From Candidatus Aenigmatarchaeota archaeon (lineage in GTDB: Archaea > Aenigmatarchaeota > Aenigmatarchaeia > QMZP01 > QMZT01), in assembly GCA_026397315.1 (NCBI GenBank), contig JAPLVC010000001.1, positions 128,001-192,000 of the forward strand: DNA of 64,000 nucleotides, given 5' to 3'. The position numbers and the translations under genes were made by a program. Below, piece after piece: positions 58,866 through 64,000 of the stretch. How positions within the stretch are numbered: the stretch's first letter is position 1; every line of letters starts with the position of its first letter. Under the pieces are notes generated by a model that made no database searches, was not told the origin of the DNA, and saw nothing but the letters and a program-made list of their open reading frames with translations.

Positions 58866-59086
58866 ACAACTAGCCTGTAATAAACGTATTCTCCGGCGAC
58901 TTCGGATTTTCTCTTTATCTCGAGGATGTCGCCCTTCTTGGCCTCGATATTCGTGACTATGGGATCAACCTGAAGAATTTTAGGTAATTTTTCTTTCGTG
59001 GTTTTGAGTTTTTCGAGAAGCCTCGCCTTCTCCTCGTCTGAAAGGACCCTGAATTTAGGAACTAGGACATGTTCTAAAATGTTAAT
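58862..59086 (-). CDS. rpo5: RNA polymerase subunit H (Rpo5); start probably ATT at 59086, alternative GTG at 59107
   Basis: HVLVPK, LPKI...DP, I.RKS..AG...YYRLV. Confidence 0.93.
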   Translation of the reverse strand: MNILEHVLVPKFRVLSDEEKARLLEKLKTTKEKLPKILQVDPIVTNIEAKKGDILEIKRKSEVAGEYVYYRLVV

Positions 59087-59287
59087 GCAATCACCCTTTA
59101 AACTCACAAGGCTTAGCAGCCGTAGAGGAGTTTTAAGTTTTTAATGGGTATAGTATGGTGTAGGCGTGGTTCGATAACTAAAATAGATAAACTTGTTATT
59201 TAAATACTTTTCGGCTTTTGTCGTCTTTTTCCGGCCAAAAAGGCAAAAAACCGGATTTTCAGGGGTTTTGGAGAAAAAAAGAGGGAG

Positions 59288-59433
59288 TGAGCCCGGCGGG
59301 AATCGAACCCGCGACCCCCAGATGTCTTTCCGCACCTTGTTCTGTCATTGGCTTTCGCCAGAAAGCGATAACCTCAGCATACTTTTATCGAACAGATAAA
59401 AGTCTGGTGCTCTACCGATTGAGCTACAGGCCC
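59288..59433 (-). tRNA. tRNA-Lys(TTT) with 73-nt canonical intron at 37/38 (59324-59396)
   Basis: GGGCCTG/CGGGCTC acceptor, CCAGA-CT-TTT-A|A-TCTGG, BHB helix CTTT/AAAG. Confidence 0.93.
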
Positions 59434-59435
59434 AC

Positions 59436-59573
59436 GCAGCGACAGACGCAGTTTGCGACTGCGTCATACGCTTGCAGCGACAGACGACCTGAAATATAAA
59501 TTCAAGTCGTCAATTGCTGCGACGCCCTGGCCGGGAGTTTCAGACGGACGCAGATAAAATCTGCGTCATGCGC
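59436..59573. repeat. Three related hairpin elements: two in the Asp-Lys spacer, one inside the tRNA-Asp intron
   Basis: GCAGCGACAGACG at 59436 and 59474; GAC(A/G)GACGCAG-N7-CTGCGTCAT(A/G)CGC at 59441 and 59543. Confidence 0.75.
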
Positions 59574-59633
59574 CTTTGAACCCGGGTCCTCGAAGTGACA
59601 GTCCGAGATGATAGGCCACTACACTACCAGGGC
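59523..59633 (-). tRNA. tRNA-Asp(GTC) with 38-nt intron at 59/60 (59537-59574)
   Basis: GCCCTGG/CCAGGGC acceptor, TCGGA-CT-GTC-AC-TTCGA, BHB helix TTCA/TGAA. Confidence 0.93.
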
Positions 59634-59742
59634 AGAGTTTTCTGGTTGATAATATTTCTAATCACGTCCAATATTTATAAATCTGAAAAAAGGCAGGAAA
59701 AACACTAAACGGAAAAACGAAGCAAAAAAGATTAACAAGAGG

Positions 59743-59854
59743 TGAGCAGCTATCTGAGGTTCCCCCTTGTTCAGGAGTACTTTCCAGACCGTCGGAAAGT
59801 TTAACTTCCGTGTTCGAAATGGGAACGGGTGAACCTTTCCACTTTGGCCGCTCA
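59743..59854 (-). rRNA. rrf: 5S rRNA, not linked to 16S/23S
   Basis: TGAGCGGCCA...ACCCGTTCCCATTTCGAACACGGAAGTTAA...GCTGCTCA with terminal stem. Confidence 0.93.
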
Positions 59855-59872
59855 ATACTTCTATTGCCGGCT

Positions 59873-59890
59873 ACTATTTAAAAGCTTTGC
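59873..59890 (-). promoter_or_regulatory. BRE/TATA promoter of the 5S rRNA gene
   Basis: GCAAAGC-TTTTAAATA on the minus strand about 25 nt upstream of the 5S 5' end. Confidence 0.6.
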
Positions 59891-59913
59891 GTCCTGAAAA
59901 AAATAGGCCCAGC

Positions 59914-60000
59914 CTAGAATTTAATCAATATGAGCATTATAGCCATAACTATGCCAGCCAGATAAATCCTGCGCTCGAGTCTTGCAAAGTTAATGCTCAT
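59914..60000 (-). CDS. 28-aa single-TM micro-protein (not in ORF track)
   Basis: MSINFARLERRIYLAGIVMAIMLILIKF; GTGAT SD upstream. Confidence 0.5.
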   Translation of the reverse strand: MSINFARLERRIYLAGIVMAIMLILIKF

Positions 60001-60105
60001 GTAAAATCACAAATGTGAAGTATACTATGAAGAGATAAGTTTTTAAACGTGTTTACCGCCCGGATCGTCCAAAAAACATGGTTTCAGTATTAAAAAAAAG
60101 AAGTA

Positions 60106-60299
60106 TCCCCCGGGTGAGATTTCCATACGCGAAAGCTGCTGGTTTTCGCTTAAGCCTTTTCAACAAAAGGCTTATTTTGAACTCACAACCTATCGGTTTC
60201 TGAAGCGACTGCGAATGACCAACACACTCGTAAAACCGAGTTTAAGTCACCGTGCGAGAGTCTACAGCCGATCGCTCCACCAGATTGAGCTACCGAGGG
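60106..60299 (-). tRNA. tRNA-Tyr(GTA) with two introns: 64 nt at 37/38 (60198-60261) and 56 nt at 59/60 (60120-60175)
   Basis: C1:G72 and A73 archaeal Tyr identity; ATCGG-CT-GTA-G|A-CCGAT; BHB helices CTGT/TCAG (3 of 4 pairs) and TTCA/TGGA. Confidence 0.92.
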
Positions 60300-60515
60300 A
60301 TGCACGCAATACGCGTAATATTATATAAACGTCTCCAGAATTTAAATATTGGCCAGACCACGGTCATTATCAGTCGGAGTATAAGAACGGTGGAATCCTT
60401 TATCTAAAAATGTTCTTTTTTAGTTTTTTGTTGTCTTTTTGAATAGCACTTGAACCATTAATTGCATTTTGTGTTTCGTGCGCCCATCTATCAGGTTATC
60501 AGATGCTTTATGATA

Positions 60516-63470
60516 TCAACATCCGGGTTTGCTGCCTTTTCCGAAGTCCTTGCCTATCGTGACCAGATCGAAAATGTTGACTCCCGAGTCATGGTTTATG
60601 TCAGCAGCCACGTTGAAGCCGGAAGTCAAACCGAAGTTTGTGGCGACAAGAACCGCATCGGAAATATCCACGCAGTGGTCCCCGGTCGTATCGCCGGAGC
60701 ACAACGGGTCAGTGCCGTCGCAATTCTCGTCTGCGCTATTGTCGCATATTTCTGTTGTTGGGTTTATTGATCCTGTGCAGTTGCTCCATTGTCCTGCTAC
60801 GCAGGTTTGGTTTCCTAGTTTGCAGATTCCTATGTTGTTTGTTCCGCATGTTTTTTTCTGCCCTGCTGTGCAGTTGCATGTAGAGCATAATGAAAGATTA
60901 ACTCCATATGAATTTCCTTCAGGCAATACTATTGACAAATTGCCATAACTATTCGTAATGGCAGTTGTATTCAGAATTGAATTGATAAATAGATTATAAG
61001 TCCTGTCTGGAATAAGACCTGTTTTATTCATGATTGTTGGTTTATCCATCCTTTCTACGTAAAATGTCGTTTTAATATTAGACAGATTCTTTATTACAAA
61101 CCAATTAGCAGATGCGTTAGAATAACAGTTTTGAGTTGGTGAGATAAATGTGTAGTTTGCAATTGTAATTTTTTGGTTGCAATAATGATATATGTTAAAA
61201 TTTGATTTATTCATCACGTAGTATTTTGTGTTATTAATTGTTTTTACTAATTCTCGCATATACAATTCATTGCCCGAATAATTTAGATGCACAACATCAT
61301 AAAGAAGCGAAGTATTCCCTCCCATCAAATACTGAATTTCCATAAAGGGAATCTGATTGTCAATTGCGATTTGCCTTAAGCCAGCATCATATAATGATTG
61401 AATTGTGCGATTGTCATAATTTGTTATATATAATGTAGTTGTAGAAGTTATTAGAGTTGTGTTTAAAGCATTGTTTTTTATTCCCTCAAGTAATATCCTG
61501 GCATCTCTTGTGTACTCTGAAGCTGATACTCCCTTCGGAATATCATTTATGTTTGGGAGAACATACGCGAAGCGAGGATTGTACGAAACAACGTCATTCA
61601 TATATCTATTTACAGCACTTGTAGCAGGATTTGGGCACGTGCTAGCTAAGCAAGACCCGTCTATCCCTTTATTCACGGAGGTTAGATTCCAAAATGAGTA
61701 ATTTGTAGCTAATTCTAAAGCCGCAGGTGCGATGAAACTTCCACGAGGAAACCCCCTCATTACAGAATCACCAAGGCCAAGAAGAGTATTATTCCAAGAA
61801 TTGACTGCGGGTGTCGTGCCGTTCACTGTTATATTAATGTTTGGAGTGAAGTCCCCGAACCATTCCACTCCCTCTTTAAGCATCCTCCATCTTAGTACAT
61901 ATGTTCCGAGCTTGGATGGAGCGATGATGGTGAACCTGAACTCCTTGCTCGACCCGGGATTCACTATCTCACCCTGATTAAGAAATGCTCCGGAAATAAC
62001 CCAAACGCTGTCATTCCCTGATTGAATCCCCAGACGATGAGAACTCGCCTTAGTCCATGCCGTCGTACCAGTATTATTCATGGTGACAGAGATATTATAA
62101 TTTTTTCCAGCAGCCATCCTTGTTGGAATAGACTGTGAGACGAACCGAGCATTATTCACAGGAGGCTGAGTCGTATTTTGATACTTGCAGCTTTGATTGC
62201 ACAGCCCGGTTCCTGGTGCCTTGCCATTGCAGGATTGTGATGCGTTGCAGGCGGAATCACAGAGGTTATTTCCAGAACCGCCAGGCCTTACTGTTAATGT
62301 ACCATTGCATTTTGCTTGTTCCGCGTTTCTATAGCTGACTCCGTTCACCCCGCAGAATGGATTCGGGTCCTGGATGCTGCACATGACTTCTTTCCCCCAG
62401 GCTTTATGCTGGGCCAGCATATCAGGGACATGCAAGCCAATTCCCAAGCACTTCATTGTGGTGGCTGAAAGATATGCATTATAAGCCGCGGCAGTAGAAT
62501 ATGTGAATCCTATCACTCCTACCACATCAGAATCAGATTTAGCCCAATCATAATACCATTGCTGCTGGCAAATGCTCGGTATCTGACTTATGCCCCAGCC
62601 TCCGCCATATTGATTGCACTTAAAATTCTGCGGTATCAAAAGTATTTTTTTGGAGGAATCAGAATGAACAACCCTATCAATCTCGGCCAATTGTTCCGCT
62701 GTACATCCATCGGGATAAGGCTCATCACAAGGGGCATATTGGATTATAGTGCCGCCGGATTTAACCCAATAAAAAACATCGTTCATTTGATCAAGGAAAG
62801 ATTGTTTATTAGCGGCATTGCATGCGAAAGGGTTTGTATGCGAAGCTTCATAATCAGTGGTGAAAAAGTATGGGTCAAGGGCTATAAAGTCTAATTTTGG
62901 ATTATTGAGAACTGATCTGCCGCCATCGCCGCCCCAAGCCACATTAAAAACAATAAATGTCTCTATATTTGGAAAGTATTCTTTTGATAGATTGATAATC
63001 AAATCAACTCTTTCTGGATGATGTATAAACTCAAAATAATTATACGTGTTTGGCTCATCCATCAAATAAAATGACCAGACTTTATCAGCATTAGCGCCAA
63101 GATTAGTCTTTATCTTATCGAGGCAGCTTCGCCACACACTTTCTGATTCCCAAAAATTATGTGCATAATAAGATGTAAGCGAAAGAATTATCTTATGACC
63201 ATTATTATATGCAAAATTTATATTCGTGTCATAAGTCTTATTGCTGGTATCACAGGAAGCACCAATAAAAACGATGTTCGTGAAGAGGGAGAGATTCGCC
63301 TCTTCTGCGGTGCCGGTCCTCACAGGGGCGCCATAAAATCCATAATATTTTAAGTTGGTCGAAGAAGCTTGCGCGATTCCGATAGTATTTTCAAATAGAC
63401 ATGAAATGATTAAGACGACGGTAGTAATTACTAATAAGAGAATGGGCCTCTTCATAAAAACAATAATCAT
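60516..63470 (-). CDS. Secreted multidomain protein: glycoside-hydrolase-like barrel, NBR1-type Ig domain, SGNH hydrolase, Cys/Asp metal-binding motif, dockerin-like C-terminus
   Basis: YLMDEPN and DFIALDPY; NNARFVSQSIP...VTMNNTG..AW; GDS, G.DG, ND, DVVH; EICDNSADENCDG; GD..GD..VDISD and ADIN.D..VNIFD. Confidence 0.82.
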   Translation of the reverse strand: MIIVFMKRPILLLVITTVVLIISCLFENTIGIAQASSTNLKYYGFYGAPVRTGTAEEANLSLFTNIVFIGASCDTSNKTYDTNINFAYNNGHKIILSLTSYYAHNFWESESVWRSCLDKIKTNLGANADKVWSFYLMDEPNTYNYFEFIHHPERVDLIINLSKEYFPNIETFIVFNVAWGGDGGRSVLNNPKLDFIALDPYFFTTDYEASHTNPFACNAANKQSFLDQMNDVFYWVKSGGTIIQYAPCDEPYPDGCTAEQLAEIDRVVHSDSSKKILLIPQNFKCNQYGGGWGISQIPSICQQQWYYDWAKSDSDVVGVIGFTYSTAAAYNAYLSATTMKCLGIGLHVPDMLAQHKAWGKEVMCSIQDPNPFCGVNGVSYRNAEQAKCNGTLTVRPGGSGNNLCDSACNASQSCNGKAPGTGLCNQSCKYQNTTQPPVNNARFVSQSIPTRMAAGKNYNISVTMNNTGTTAWTKASSHRLGIQSGNDSVWVISGAFLNQGEIVNPGSSKEFRFTIIAPSKLGTYVLRWRMLKEGVEWFGDFTPNINITVNGTTPAVNSWNNTLLGLGDSVMRGFPRGSFIAPAALELATNYSFWNLTSVNKGIDGSCLASTCPNPATSAVNRYMNDVVSYNPRFAYVLPNINDIPKGVSASEYTRDARILLEGIKNNALNTTLITSTTTLYITNYDNRTIQSLYDAGLRQIAIDNQIPFMEIQYLMGGNTSLLYDVVHLNYSGNELYMRELVKTINNTKYYVMNKSNFNIYHYCNQKITIANYTFISPTQNCYSNASANWFVIKNLSNIKTTFYVERMDKPTIMNKTGLIPDRTYNLFINSILNTTAITNSYGNLSIVLPEGNSYGVNLSLCSTCNCTAGQKKTCGTNNIGICKLGNQTCVAGQWSNCTGSINPTTEICDNSADENCDGTDPLCSGDTTGDHCVDISDAVLVATNFGLTSGFNVAADINHDSGVNIFDLVTIGKDFGKGSKPGC

Positions 63471-63614
63471 AAATATTATATATAAAACAATAAATTTGCG
63501 TTAAGTCTATACAAGGTTGCCAAAAAATAATCGATTCTGGGAATTTAAAATAAAAGTATTGAAACAAAGTCCTGATTTATCCGTATTCGATTCTTAAAAA
63601 ATTATTCGGCCGCT

Positions 63615-64000
63615 TTACTCCAGGATGACTTCACGAGAGAAGACTTTTGTCTTCCCTTCGCTTTCTTCCATGCCCGTCCTGTAGGAAATGTATGCCCTCG
63701 GCATCTTGAGCTGCGCCTCGACGAGCGGCTGAATCTTGTATGAAAGGTAAATCTGGCTTCTCGGCTTCATGTCGCCGAGATTCCAAAAGAGCTCGGTCCC
63801 GTATTCCGTTTCCCTTATGACCGGCTTGGGCCCGCCAAACTCGGGAAGGACTTTGCCGAGCGCCGTTACCCTGTCCTTGACTATGACGTTCTTCAGGTCG
63901 CTCATGACAGGGCCCTTTATCTCGAGAACTATGATGTGTTCGTTCCTCTTTTTCACGTGGCTCTTCTTTATCGACGGCGCCCTGACCTTGACCGCGCCCA
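63615..64000 (-). CDS. Hypothetical protein, C-terminal part (runs off the window end)
   Basis: The 113-aa track ORF stays open to the window edge; host-like codon usage. Confidence 0.7.
   Translation of the reverse strand, partial: GAVKVRAPSIKKSHVKKRNEHIIVLEIKGPVMSDLKNVIVKDRVTALGKVLPEFGGPKPVIRETEYGTELFWNLGDMKPRSQIYLSYKIQPLVEAQLKMPRAYISYRTGMEESEGKTKVFSREVILE

Noticed and set aside
59436-59573. Mini-CRISPR array or C/D-box sRNA
   Set aside because: Only 2-3 degenerate units without regular spacers, no cas genes in the window, and no complete RTGATGA/CTGA box pair
59141-59855. Short ORFs called over the tRNA/5S cluster
   Set aside because: They are incidental frames across structural RNA genes

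Overview
Archaeal chromosomal window. Compact genes, split RpoB, an unlinked 5S rRNA, free-standing LAGLIDADG-like genes and Cys-rich surface proteins suggest a DPANN-type lineage (inference, no phylogeny run). Housekeeping genes: hisS (partial), aMBF1, pelota, aIF-1A, a KH protein, topoisomerase VI B/A, trm1, TFB, aIF-5A, rpoH-B''-B'-A'-A'', uL6/eL32, 5S rRNA and five tRNA genes that all carry bulge-helix-bulge (BHB) introns (7 introns, 5 at non-canonical positions). Three blocks stand out. (1) 27.0-34.3 kb: one operon with the whole lower 'archaeal' (Aeropyrum-type) mevalonate pathway (MVK, AcnX large and small subunits, UbiD, UbiX, IPK, IDI-2) plus an LpdD-like prFMN chaperone and an HD hydrolase. 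(2) 35.1-50.6 kb: a signalling island. Two output-less sensors (9xPAS; 7TM-Cache-HAMP) end in the same ELERFxxLxxGRELKMxxLK helix, which aligns in register with an acidic AILNMMEDM helix in the single histidine kinase. The island also holds an orphan solute-binding protein, a stand-alone receiver, four KaiC-like proteins, a tandem V4R protein and a UbiA + radical SAM/SPASM pair. (3) Two AT-rich LAGLIDADG-like genes attached to host genes: the last five codons of one are exactly a 15-nt tRNA-Phe intron, and the other is fused in frame to FAD synthase RibL. Also noted: several micro-ORFs missing from the track, a hairpin family shared by a tRNA intron and the tRNA spacer, and a MraZ-like gene. 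All family calls are by motif recognition only.
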